A program made the position numbers and the translations under genes. DNA of 64,000 nucleotides from a virus. Taxonomy: Duplodnaviria; Heunggongvirae; Uroviricota; Caudoviricetes. Shown here one piece after another: positions 49,937 through 58,915 of the stretch. Numbering within the stretch: the stretch's first letter is position 1; every line of letters starts with the position of its first letter. The stretch lies in the IMG/VR virus record IMGVR_UViG_3300009537_004349; one strand, 5' to 3'. The notes beneath the pieces were generated by a model, which was not told where the DNA came from, did no database searches, and was given only the letters and a program-made list of their open reading frames with translations.

Positions 49937-50332
49937 TTACCTCGGCTTAAATAGATTGTTGCCGAGAGCTGCTAGTTCATATCTTGCCGCATTTGGTTCT
50001 GCTGCATCGTGTTCTATGATTCTTCTTGCTATATCATCAATTTTTGACATAGATTTTTCTAGTCTAGATGCTGCAGGAGATAGTTTTCTCAATAACTTGT
50101 GGTACAAGAATTGCTTCCAACCAGGCTCCTCGTTCATAGAGGCACTGGCTTTCTGATAAGCCTCTAGTTCTTGATTTAGTTCCTCTTGCAAAAGACCTTT
50201 CTTTTCTTCCCACTTTCTTCGTTCGTCCAGAAATGCACTAAGGATTAGTGCCTGTCGACCACCCACTCCTGCCTGCACAATGGCATCAAGAGGGTTTACT
50301 GGTCCAGCTTTTTGTACATGTTCATCAGACAC
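49937..50332 (-). CDS. Hypothetical coiled-coil protein
   Basis: 131-aa ORF. Confidence 0.6.
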   Translation of the reverse strand: MSDEHVQKAGPVNPLDAIVQAGVGGRQALILSAFLDERRKWEEKKGLLQEELNQELEAYQKASASMNEEPGWKQFLYHKLLRKLSPAASRLEKSMSKIDDIARRIIEHDAAEPNAARYELAALGNNLFKPR

Positions 50333-50853
50333 TTATACACCTCGTAAGTTCGACGACAGTCAACTAATGCTGAGTGTGCGCCTATGTTCGATACACCAAA
50401 ATGTTCACATAAATGACCCAAGCCTAAGCCAGGAATCTCTGTTTTACTTACTATAGGCCACGCTATTGATAATGTATCAAGCTTTCGTCTGTGATTCCAG
50501 TTAGGCTTGATGTCAAACTCCTTCATGGCCCTTGTGATAAATCTAATATCAAAGTCTATGTTTTGACCTACTATAGCACAGTCCTTTACTAAGGAGTTAT
50601 ACTTTATCAATGCTGACTTTAACCTACCAGTGTAAGCAGCAGCGTTATCTTTGTAACCGTTAATCTTCAGCGCATCTGCATCAGCGGTTTCGATGTGAGT
50701 GGGAGATATTTTCTTCTCCCACTCTTCTATCACCGAATCAGTCACTGGGTCATATACCAAACAAGCTATCTCAATTATTTCATGCTTAGATTCATCTAAG
50801 CCGGTTGTTTCAGTATCTGTAAATGCTAACTTAAGTTCACTAAGTTTACCCAT
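50296..50853 (-). CDS. DEDDh 3'-5' exonuclease (DnaQ-like)
   Basis: DTETTGL, GQNIDFD, HSALVD. Confidence 0.92.
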   Translation of the reverse strand: MGKLSELKLAFTDTETTGLDESKHEIIEIACLVYDPVTDSVIEEWEKKISPTHIETADADALKINGYKDNAAAYTGRLKSALIKYNSLVKDCAIVGQNIDFDIRFITRAMKEFDIKPNWNHRRKLDTLSIAWPIVSKTEIPGLGLGHLCEHFGVSNIGAHSALVDCRRTYEVYKCLMNMYKKLDQ

Positions 50854-51385
50854 TCTTATCTACCCAATCTACAAAATGGTCCCAGCTACTTATCCTTTCA
50901 AATTTGCCCCGGGCCGCTGCGTTATATGGCTGGTGAAACAACAGCGGTTTTGTATCCGGGTGTAGTCCTTTCAGGTTCTTAGGGTCATCTTCTAATAGAC
51001 AATCGCCTCGAACCCTGAACTTTTCCTTTGTCAAAACCAAAGGAGGATATCTCCAGACGCGACCAAAGTAATACTTCAGCCACTCTCTTTTCTCATGACC
51101 ACTAGATGGGCAGTTTGTCCCATTACTTACAAAGCAAATATCGTGACCAAGTTTATGCAGCTTCTTAATGGATTCTACAGCACCATCAATGGGCTTAAGC
51201 CCTCTAATGAAACCCGGGGAATCCTTTATGCTTTTAAGAAGCCAGTTATTTTTTACGTACTTACCAGTCTGATTCGTTTTTATATCAGACAGTTTAACAC
51301 CTTCATTGGTATGATGGTTGTATTGAGCCAACAACTCCGAAGTGAAATCGGCACACACACCATCCATGTCTAGCAAAATTATCAT
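50846..51385 (-). CDS. 5'(3')-deoxyribonucleotidase (HAD, NT5C-like)
   Basis: DMDGVCAD, EKREWL, LLEDDPKN, QPYN. Confidence 0.9.
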   Translation of the reverse strand: MIILLDMDGVCADFTSELLAQYNHHTNEGVKLSDIKTNQTGKYVKNNWLLKSIKDSPGFIRGLKPIDGAVESIKKLHKLGHDICFVSNGTNCPSSGHEKREWLKYYFGRVWRYPPLVLTKEKFRVRGDCLLEDDPKNLKGLHPDTKPLLFHQPYNAAARGKFERISSWDHFVDWVDKNG

Positions 51386-51395
51386 AACTTCTCCT

Positions 51396-51424
51396 ATTAT
51401 ACCGACACCAAAGAAGGTTGTAAA
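51396..51424 (-). promoter_or_regulatory. sigma70-like promoter
   Basis: TTTACA-N17-TATAAT. Confidence 0.75.
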
Positions 51425-51445
51425 GTGATATTTTACTCAGTCAAA

Positions 51446-52501
51446 TCAGCTGGTTATATAGTCCCAGACGACCTTTACACATAAACTATCTAGAAAGTTT
51501 CTATCCGGCTTTTCTGGAAGCGGAGAGTTTTCAGCTATTGCCTTAATCTCTAACTCCATCGAATCTGCGTATTCTTCGATTTGCTCGTAAGTCCACGCAC
51601 CATTCCGAATAGCAAGCAGCTCTTCGTGGTCTGGCCTAAATACCTGCACCTTGCCAGTGGAAAGAATCTCTTTCCCCATTCTCATAAGCCTTACCAAATG
51701 AGATGCATGCTTGGTATCATAACCATACTTTTCTTCTAGCTCCGCCCTCTTTTTATTCCTAGAATGCTTCCATTGTGTATATGAGTCAAAATGACGCTTT
51801 GCGTTATTGTATGCCTGTTCTTTTTGCATTAGCTCCATCCAGGCATCGGAAGCGCCAGTAGCTTTCTGGATTTGAGAGAATGCCTCTTCGGGTATTCCCT
51901 TCTGCTGAATCGACCCAATCCAATTTGCTTTCTTAAGTTCCTCTTTTGTTTCATCAGAGAAGTTTAAATAATCAATTGTGTCTTCCAACAGATTAACCAG
52001 TATCCAGTGAAACGCTCCCTGGTCAGACTTGGACATTGCCCTTTTCTCAGGGAGTCCGTAGTCTTCTCGCTCAGGACGCTTCGCTGGTGGATTCAACAGC
52101 CACCCTCTTGCAGTTCGTATTCTTCTTAGTTGTGAAAAAGCATATCCTGTGTAAGTGTACTTTGCTTTTCTAGAAAGAAACTTTTCTCTATTATCCAAAA
52201 CCTGTTGAAACACAGGATGAACCTTTTGATGAAATCTTTCTTCTGTAAAGAGCAAATCCAACATATTAGGATTGCAATCACTGATTAGTTTGAAGGCTTT
52301 ACGAATATCGTACACTACAACGTCGTTAACCTTATCTTCAAACTGCTCAAAGTTTTTTAGGAACCCCAGATAATAAGAGAGTTCGTTGAGAGCAGCAATG
52401 CCTCTGATATCCAAATCACTTTCTGGGGTGTTGGTTCCATACGCAGTGGATCCTACTACCGTAGAATACAGGGTATGTTTATCTACAAACTCTTTGTCCA
52501 T
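51446..52501 (-). CDS. Pol-beta superfamily nucleotidyltransferase (RlaP/PF10127-like)
   Basis: GSTAYGTNTPESDLDIRG, CNPNMLDLLF, GYDTKHASHLVRL. Confidence 0.85.
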   Translation of the reverse strand: MDKEFVDKHTLYSTVVGSTAYGTNTPESDLDIRGIAALNELSYYLGFLKNFEQFEDKVNDVVVYDIRKAFKLISDCNPNMLDLLFTEERFHQKVHPVFQQVLDNREKFLSRKAKYTYTGYAFSQLRRIRTARGWLLNPPAKRPEREDYGLPEKRAMSKSDQGAFHWILVNLLEDTIDYLNFSDETKEELKKANWIGSIQQKGIPEEAFSQIQKATGASDAWMELMQKEQAYNNAKRHFDSYTQWKHSRNKKRAELEEKYGYDTKHASHLVRLMRMGKEILSTGKVQVFRPDHEELLAIRNGAWTYEQIEEYADSMELEIKAIAENSPLPEKPDRNFLDSLCVKVVWDYITS

Positions 52502-53322
52502 TATAGCTTCCTAAATGTGATGTTCTCCAATTTTGATTTGCAGAACATGCAAGTTGCCCAAATTAAAGCCTTTGCATTCCATGTGTGCTTGAAGTCTTCT
52601 TCTGCGTGAATTTTAGTACTGTTTAAGGTAAGACTATACTGACCGCATACAGCGCAATCATAGTCTATTGTAACCGTACTCTCTGTATCCAGCTTACTAA
52701 AATACTTATGAGCCTCACATACTGCCGAAACTCTATCCTTATGTCTCAATGACGAACCGAATAGCAGCGGCTCTATAGCATCGGCGTTTATGTTCTTGAA
52801 AATGTTATACCCGACATGTTTGTTATCTAACAATGCCTCTATTACCTTTAGCCTGGTTACTGTGGGCACTTTAAGTAGCGCCTCATATCGAGGAGTATAG
52901 TTGTTATGATACAAAGATGCAGGGCATGCAGAGTAAAAGGATAAACCTCTCAAGCCAGCCACTTCCTCTTCAATTGAGATTTTTGGAAAGCTTAATATCA
53001 TTCGGTGTAGTCGGCTGTTCTCACAGGACAACAACATGCTCTTTAGCTTATCTAGACCAAAATCAAGACAGAAGCTAAGCATCTTATCTACATATTCATC
53101 TCTACCAAAATCTCTACTACTTCCGTGCTTAATAAAAGCTTTGAACAGTCTTTCTCTTCTTTGATAGATTTCGCCATCCATTAGGCCGGTTATGGCATTT
53201 GTGTATGCCCAGCTATCTCCGTCTGCTGTCTCTACCTCTCTAAGCAGCGCCTCTTGCGAATGGATGTCTAACTTTTTCCAATCACGCAATTTATTACGCA
53301 AATCCCAACCGAACTTAGCCAT
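52501..53322 (-). CDS. Unannotated helical protein, paralog family member 5, with C-terminal CxxC pair
   Basis: AGLRGL...LLKVPTVTRLKVIEALL...NADAIEPLLFGSSLRHKDRVSAVCEAH; then CAVC..CMFC. Confidence 0.75.
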   Translation of the reverse strand: MAKFGWDLRNKLRDWKKLDIHSQEALLREVETADGDSWAYTNAITGLMDGEIYQRRERLFKAFIKHGSSRDFGRDEYVDKMLSFCLDFGLDKLKSMLLSCENSRLHRMILSFPKISIEEEVAGLRGLSFYSACPASLYHNNYTPRYEALLKVPTVTRLKVIEALLDNKHVGYNIFKNINADAIEPLLFGSSLRHKDRVSAVCEAHKYFSKLDTESTVTIDYDCAVCGQYSLTLNSTKIHAEEDFKHTWNAKALIWATCMFCKSKLENITFRKL

Positions 53323-54089
53323 TACTTATATCCTAAATATGTTGTGCATACGAACGTGTGTGGCAGTTTAGATAGAATTTGCATATCCATATCTACATGC
53401 CAAGGTGTACGAACAGCCTTGGTGCCATCGTCCAATTCTATTTCTTTAGTAATCCTGTAACAGGATATACCTCTCTTAAACTTTGTAGGATAATCGTTCC
53501 AGTTTATCCCTGCCTTCTGGAATAGTAGCTCCTGCTGTTGGTCTTGATTTAGACCATGCATAAGTTTTCGTGCTGTGCCCTTACCGACCACCTTGCCTAC
53601 TTCATAGTAACAAGCAGCAGATATACTGTTTTTGGTGGCATCGTTTTGCCGCCATATCAAACAATTAATTGCTTCGGATACGGCGGGTACAGCAAATACT
53701 CTGGCATCAAAGTAAGCCAGACGACCAGACATCTTGGAATTAAAGTGCGCAGTAACCATTGAAGACACTACGCTGGCCATTTTCTGTGTGCGATTTCCGA
53801 ACCACGGCTCTGACTCATTCGACTGGTCATTCCTTAATATGAAGGTCATCTCATCGGATTGTGTGTATCCGAACACACAACCCTCAATATTAGCTGCTGC
53901 CTCTTGCATAGTCCAAGCCATGGCATTAGATAGATTCTCATCAAATGGTTTTTGGAGCTTCATGCCCTTGGTCCACTTAGAGAAACCTTTGCCATCGCAA
54001 CGAACTATAACTGGAACTCTGCGCATGATAGCTGTATCATATACACTCTCATATGCTTTCATACGGTCGCCGAGTGTTGTCTTATCCAT
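53322..54089 (-). CDS. tRNA(His) guanylyltransferase Thg1-like (3'-5' polymerase)
   Basis: VRCDGKGFSK, YTQSDEMT, FDARVF, WRQNDATKNSI. Confidence 0.93.
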   Translation of the reverse strand: MDKTTLGDRMKAYESVYDTAIMRRVPVIVRCDGKGFSKWTKGMKLQKPFDENLSNAMAWTMQEAAANIEGCVFGYTQSDEMTFILRNDQSNESEPWFGNRTQKMASVVSSMVTAHFNSKMSGRLAYFDARVFAVPAVSEAINCLIWRQNDATKNSISAACYYEVGKVVGKGTARKLMHGLNQDQQQELLFQKAGINWNDYPTKFKRGISCYRITKEIELDDGTKAVRTPWHVDMDMQILSKLPHTFVCTTYLGYK

Positions 54090-54091
54090 GA

Positions 54092-54988
54092 TTAAATCTT
54101 TCTCGTGACTATCTCGTTCTCAGAGCCATAGTAAGCTCCCCATTCCAAATCATATTGTCGAATAGGATAGCCGAACTTCTTATGAGGTTTAGAAGATAGA
54201 AAGGGCACGTCTGTGATTAGAATAACATAGCAGTCAGAATTCTTCAGCTTACCAGTAATTCTACCAGTATATGGCCCCACCTTTATGGTGTCCATATATG
54301 ACGTAGGGCCGTCTGTATTTGCCGCCTGCCCAAATCCTTTTTCTTGATACTTCTTTATTCTGTTCTGAAATCTACCCTGCTTTCGCTTAACCTCGGCGTT
54401 TCTAATCAATCGCTTGGTCAACAGGTCTAGAACTCCAAATCTAGACATATAGATGTTTTCACAATCTACAGCAAATTGACATACTCTAATATCAAATCTT
54501 CGAATATTTTCAACAGGGTCTCCATAAGGATTAAGTCGAATCGTGTCGTATCCTTGAGATATGTTCCACTCACCTCCGCCGATAAGTTGAATCACCATGC
54601 CTTCATCTGAGTTGTTTAGTTTCTTGAATGGCTGGCCGCCGTAGTGGCCATTGCTAGAGCCCATCTCTTCAAAGCCGTAAGAGGATATAAAGGACTCGAA
54701 GGCGTGGAATGCTCCCTCGGTCGCAAAAAAGAAATCGATATCGTTATTAGTATGCTCCTGCCAAACCCAATTCATTACTGCACCACCAGCTATATGAATG
54801 TTGTAACTGGTTAACCAGTGAAGAGGAATGTCTTCCAGGTCCATGCAAGTTTTGAAATCTTCGTAATTGACTTTTATCAGCTCGTTCTTTCTGGGATAAT
54901 GAACTGATACAGGCGTATCCATATCGTATATAACTTTGCCTGGCTTCACTAAACTAAGAAGATAATTGGCTTGTTCTGCATTTATCAT
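54092..54988 (-). CDS. CCA-adding/poly(A) polymerase head-like nucleotidyltransferase
   Basis: IAGGAV..NDIDFFF, IQLI, RRFDIRVCQFA, RIKKYQEKGF. Confidence 0.65.
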   Translation of the reverse strand: MINAEQANYLLSLVKPGKVIYDMDTPVSVHYPRKNELIKVNYEDFKTCMDLEDIPLHWLTSYNIHIAGGAVMNWVWQEHTNNDIDFFFATEGAFHAFESFISSYGFEEMGSSNGHYGGQPFKKLNNSDEGMVIQLIGGGEWNISQGYDTIRLNPYGDPVENIRRFDIRVCQFAVDCENIYMSRFGVLDLLTKRLIRNAEVKRKQGRFQNRIKKYQEKGFGQAANTDGPTSYMDTIKVGPYTGRITGKLKNSDCYVILITDVPFLSSKPHKKFGYPIRQYDLEWGAYYGSENEIVTRKI

Positions 54989-55188
54989 AGCTGGTCTTTC
55001 ACTAGTTCATGTTCGATATTTTTCTTTAGGGCCTCTATGCCCTTCAGAAGAGTGTGCAGATTGTTTCTTTCGACCTGTAGCATCTTATGTTCACAACACT
55101 CTGGCTCTCCAAAAACCTCAATCTGTTTTTCAGTTGGAGCATCCATTGTGTCGCCACAATATACACAAATCATCATTGGGTCAATCAT
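54985..55188 (-). CDS. Small Cys-containing protein
   Basis: CVYC..ECC; 4-bp overlap. Confidence 0.55.
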   Translation of the reverse strand: MIDPMMICVYCGDTMDAPTEKQIEVFGEPECCEHKMLQVERNNLHTLLKGIEALKKNIEHELVKDQL

Positions 55189-55342
55189 TGTTCTTATACC
55201 TTTGCCAAAACTCTCTCCACTCGTCAGAGCGGCTGTTTATAAGAGGCTTAAAGACCTCAAACATCTTACGAATAGAGGCCCTGTCTTTTTCTACGTGTAA
55301 CTTTTCTTTGTTGAACATATAAAAGTACAGGGCCTCTATCAT
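55181..55342 (-). CDS. Small hypothetical protein, 53 aa (below cutoff)
   Basis: MIEALYFYMFNKEKLHVEKDRASIRKMF...; fills the gap. Confidence 0.5.
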   Translation of the reverse strand: MIEALYFYMFNKEKLHVEKDRASIRKMFEVFKPLINSRSDEWREFWQRYKNND

Positions 55343-55343
55343 T

Positions 55344-56012
55344 TCATTTGATAATTTCATTCGGAGTCACTGGACGGTTCATCCAATGTCCCTCGTTGTC
55401 CATAAACTTTTGGAACTCTGAACGGACTACTTTACCGCGCATACCTTTCTTATGATTCCAAACCACAATACCCTCAGCCATAGTGGAGCCATAATTAGAT
55501 ACGTCTGGAATCATATCAAATAATTCCATTCTATCCACATAGCCCTGATGAAGCAAAGGTACAGTGTGAAACCCTATGTTGTCACAAAGAGTTTTCATCT
55601 CATCCCATTTGTAATATCTATTACTCCCCTTGTTTAACCAAGCGAATGCAAGAAAGTAATCTGGGAGACGGTCATAAAAAATCGTATGTTTAGCGTACAT
55701 AAGTTCGCCGTACAAAACAGTTCCCTTAGGAATCTGCATGATTTTGTCGTAGTTCTGATACGACCACGCCTTAAAGAAATTGAATTGGGCGTGCTCACTA
55801 TCTCCTACCAATGACCCTCTTTTTTGAAGATGAAATGTGTCTCTATAACGAACTATACCAACATTGGCTCCATCCATTTTTTCAGTAATGGTAACCTTGC
55901 CATTCAAAAGCTGTTGGCATTCTTTCTTAGAAAGATAATGCTTTCCTTTTATGTCGATTTGAGGGACTAAAATCCTGAATGTCTTCTCATATTTTCTAAA
56001 CATGTTGTCCAC
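55344..56012 (-). CDS. ATP-dependent RNA ligase family protein
   Basis: ITEKMDGAN, LYGE, FLAF, TVPLL, EGIVV, KVVRSEF. Confidence 0.88.
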   Translation of the reverse strand: MDNMFRKYEKTFRILVPQIDIKGKHYLSKKECQQLLNGKVTITEKMDGANVGIVRYRDTFHLQKRGSLVGDSEHAQFNFFKAWSYQNYDKIMQIPKGTVLYGELMYAKHTIFYDRLPDYFLAFAWLNKGSNRYYKWDEMKTLCDNIGFHTVPLLHQGYVDRMELFDMIPDVSNYGSTMAEGIVVWNHKKGMRGKVVRSEFQKFMDNEGHWMNRPVTPNEIIK

Positions 56013-56037
56013 CTATAAGGAGACATTCAGGTATCGA

Positions 56038-56322
56038 TTATGCTACCTTAGTATGTCTCCACTTATTTTCATTAAGTGCGACCAGATTGTTTAGCAGAAT
56101 CAGCTGCCAACGCTTCTTTTGACCCTTACGCAGCTTACCGAAGAAATTGTCAACAAGGATTACCTCATCGCCCTTCTTGGTGCGGCGCCGGTCAAACACC
56201 TGGCCATTGATACGCATGATGGTTCCATCCTTCTTGAGCCGTCCTAGACCGCCCACGAATCGCTTCGTGCGGATAGCCTCATCAACTGCGTCACTAATAC
56301 TGTCATACTTGGTCTGAGCCAT
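56038..56322 (-). CDS. Hypothetical protein, possibly WYL_2/DUF2693-like
   Basis: KKDGTIMRING motif. Confidence 0.45.
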   Translation of the reverse strand: MAQTKYDSISDAVDEAIRTKRFVGGLGRLKKDGTIMRINGQVFDRRRTKKGDEVILVDNFFGKLRKGQKKRWQLILLNNLVALNENKWRHTKVA

Positions 56323-56828
56323 TATTCACTCCTAAATGTGTTCGGGGCTTTGGGTGGATGAACACCCTCAGCACGTAGTCTTTCTCTGTACTTCTCTACG
56401 ATAGTGTTAACACTCTCGGCGTACTCTTTCTCCGTATTGTAATTATAGTCGAAGTACACCGTTAGGCAACAAAACTTTTCTTTTATTTGAGCAAACTTGA
56501 TATTCGGATGAACATCTCGTAGCTCCTTTATCATATCAGATACGGCATCTCCCCATAGTTTAGGGATATGATACCAACATGCCTTTTTGAATTTTGGGGC
56601 GCTTTCTATCTGAAAGTTATCCCAGAACCAATCGGCTCCGTATTCGCCTGTAAGTACCCCATCTGCTTCTCGATATAGTTTGTCATTCCAATCATTGACA
56701 AAGTATCCAAGCAAAGGTGTCTTAAATGCTGAATCTTCACTCATAATCAACTCCTTAATGGGCAAGAAAGACGACATTCTTTTTCGTCTTGTGAACCACA
56801 CACAGCATACATTCTTCACATGCACCAT
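56322..56828 (-). CDS. Phage protein with QIKEKF motif (true start probably internal)
   Basis: IKFAQIKEKFCCLTVY recalls the common phage QVKEKFGxLRxY motif. Confidence 0.55.
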   Translation of the reverse strand: MVHVKNVCCVWFTRRKRMSSFLPIKELIMSEDSAFKTPLLGYFVNDWNDKLYREADGVLTGEYGADWFWDNFQIESAPKFKKACWYHIPKLWGDAVSDMIKELRDVHPNIKFAQIKEKFCCLTVYFDYNYNTEKEYAESVNTIVEKYRERLRAEGVHPPKAPNTFRSE

Positions 56829-57459
56829 TCACGTTTAGCTTGCCACTGGTTACTGGGCAGACGAAAGAGTTTTCAGGAATCTCTTTGTCATGTTCCCATG
56901 GGCCATAAGCCAATGATACCTTCTTGTATCTCTTAGCAAACTTCTTAGCCCTCGCGTTATTGTATTGGTCGGTAGATGCCCACAACCTCATATTAGGTTG
57001 GCGAACTAACTTAGAATAGTTGAAGTCAAAGCTTCTAGTGTAAGCCCAGAAATAAATATCTCTGCGCATACGAACTACCTCAGTCCATACATCCACCATA
57101 AACTGGCTATGGAAATCACCACTCTCATGGATTCTAAATATTTCTCTGTTATGAGGTATAGAATCTGCTAAGAAGTGAGCCAGTCCGTAAACATTGTTCT
57201 TCGCCTCATAGGATTTTACCAACTCCCAATTTCTAGCGAATGCCCCGTGCACATTCTTAAATACATGCCTTCCTTTTTTAGCATAGCAATCTTTGCACGC
57301 ATCTGTAGCGCCAGGACAAGAAAACTCTGGTCCAGCGGGCAGACTGAACGCACTATCTTTCTTTTTGCTAATTTTGGATGGTTTGGAAAAGGTTAGTGAT
57401 GAGGGCGTATTATCCAATACGTTTAGAATTGACTTGACTGATTTTGCGTAATCAAACAT
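56755..57459 (-). CDS. Gp88-like protein
   Basis: FSLPAG..SCPGATDACKDCYA, FRIHESGDF, FWAYTRSF, CPV..CEECMLC. Confidence 0.75.
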   Translation of the reverse strand: MFDYAKSVKSILNVLDNTPSSLTFSKPSKISKKKDSAFSLPAGPEFSCPGATDACKDCYAKKGRHVFKNVHGAFARNWELVKSYEAKNNVYGLAHFLADSIPHNREIFRIHESGDFHSQFMVDVWTEVVRMRRDIYFWAYTRSFDFNYSKLVRQPNMRLWASTDQYNNARAKKFAKRYKKVSLAYGPWEHDKEIPENSFVCPVTSGKLNVNGACEECMLCVVHKTKKNVVFLAH

Positions 57460-57468
57460 TGGTTCCTT

Positions 57469-57502
57469 AAAAATTGAAGGGGTCTACTCCGCGCTCGACC
57501 CC
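57469..57502 (-). terminator. Possible intrinsic terminator
   Basis: GGGGTC-N12-GACCCC then TTCAATTTTT. Confidence 0.55.
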
Positions 57503-57553
57503 TAAGTTAGTGACTATTGCGGACTCACCTTAGTTGTATCGAAAGCTCACCTC

Positions 57554-58120
57554 CTATAGAATCCCTGATAGCCGAAGCATCAAGTATTCTTTTTTTAATT
57601 CTTCTCTATCTGCAATCATGATGTCGTGAGGGTGAACTCCTCTGTAATCTGCGAAGAAGTGAACAATCTTGTAACACTCAGGGCAGTACCAGTTTCCTCG
57701 TTGAACTAAACTAATACATCTACATTTTTTGTTCTTACGACATCCTTTCTTAAGTAACGCTTTCAGGTCGTTTGTACTTAACCCTCTAGAGGAATACTTC
57801 TTTGGATTGGGTTGGTCGGGGAATTTACCATAGGAGCCCCAGGACCTTCTCCCTGTTGTTTTCCAGTTTCGATAGTATTGCCAATTAGCATGACTGAACA
57901 TGAATGGATATTTTTGTTTCACGCCCTTTTTAAGCCAGTTGTAAAATTGGTCGTCATACCAGTTAACCAAGTAGTACCAACACCATTCTTGTGACCAAAC
58001 ATCAAATTCAGCATGATGTCTACACAGCTGGCAAAACTTTCCGCCATGGTTTTTATCGCACCACTTAATATCAGAACCAATACCTTCGACACCCTCTGGC
58101 CAGAAGTAGTCGCTGTTCAT
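57554..58120 (-). CDS. Cys/Trp-rich hypothetical protein
   Basis: Several CxxC; ends KKEYLMLRLSGIL. Confidence 0.6.
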   Translation of the reverse strand: MNSDYFWPEGVEGIGSDIKWCDKNHGGKFCQLCRHHAEFDVWSQEWCWYYLVNWYDDQFYNWLKKGVKQKYPFMFSHANWQYYRNWKTTGRRSWGSYGKFPDQPNPKKYSSRGLSTNDLKALLKKGCRKNKKCRCISLVQRGNWYCPECYKIVHFFADYRGVHPHDIMIADREELKKEYLMLRLSGIL

Positions 58121-58473
58121 AGCATCATCCTATGCCAGCTCCCGTCATCATCAGAATACCAGGCATACTTAACGCCAAGTTTTTGCATAATAGTGATGCA
58201 GGTGCTACAGGGTTTAGAATTTCGTACAGTATCAAACTTATCCAACCTGACCACATATACAGTAGAGTTCTTTCTGTACTTAGCCGTAGTGTTGTTTAGT
58301 GCAGCTACTTCTGCGTGTTCACCATCACCAAAAGGCTGCCCTGTGCTGTGGGCATAATTGAATCCTCTTCCGACGATTTTGTTATTGGATACTACTACAG
58401 CACCAAGTCTTTGCGCAAATACACTTTTATGGGCCTGGGATATTGCCTCTATTATGAACGACTCGTCCTTCAT
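58117..58473 (-). CDS. Cytidine/dCMP deaminase-like zinc protein
   Basis: HAE and PCSTC motifs. Confidence 0.85.
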   Translation of the reverse strand: MKDESFIIEAISQAHKSVFAQRLGAVVVSNNKIVGRGFNYAHSTGQPFGDGEHAEVAALNNTTAKYRKNSTVYVVRLDKFDTVRNSKPCSTCITIMQKLGVKYAWYSDDDGSWHRMML

Positions 58474-58915
58474 TTTTTTTCGATTCCCATAGAGCTTGTA
58501 ATCTTTTAGAGGCTACATTAAGTCGTTCATCTGCCCTAAAGTAACTCAACCAGCCTGCAAAAGAATCTAATGCTTGTTTGTGTAATGGCAGCGAATTTAC
58601 ATAATCTTTGATATCCAAAGTGTACACTATGAACCCTAACAAAGACATAGCCTCACCATCTATTTGATAGAGCTTACCATGCGCAACACCCATATTCCAA
58701 TATGCCATTGCTCGTCCAGCATCATTTAGCATATTAGTCTCTAAGCCTTTTTCATACATAGATATGGCAACATCCCATCTTTGAGCATCCATAGCTTTAT
58801 CACCAGCGTTAAGATATACGTCTGGCGACTGAGCCGATAGTGCTACACAGAATATTGCTGTTACCAAGGCCATGAATATAATTGCTTTCTTTGTACGATT
58901 CCAGTTTCTTTGCAT
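58427..58915 (-). CDS. Signal-peptide/TPR-like protein
   Basis: Hydrophobic N-terminus, AISMYEKGL..AYWNMGVAH TPR pattern. Confidence 0.55.
   Translation of the reverse strand: MQRNWNRTKKAIIFMALVTAIFCVALSAQSPDVYLNAGDKAMDAQRWDVAISMYEKGLETNMLNDAGRAMAYWNMGVAHGKLYQIDGEAMSLLGFIVYTLDIKDYVNSLPLHKQALDSFAGWLSYFRADERLNVASKRLQALWESKKNEGRVVHNRGNIPGP

Noticed and set aside
57503-57553. Possible small RNA or leader peptide with repeated GGTGAG
   Set aside because: No cloverleaf and no ATG-led ORF with suitable SD spacing; only the adjacent hairpin is supportable
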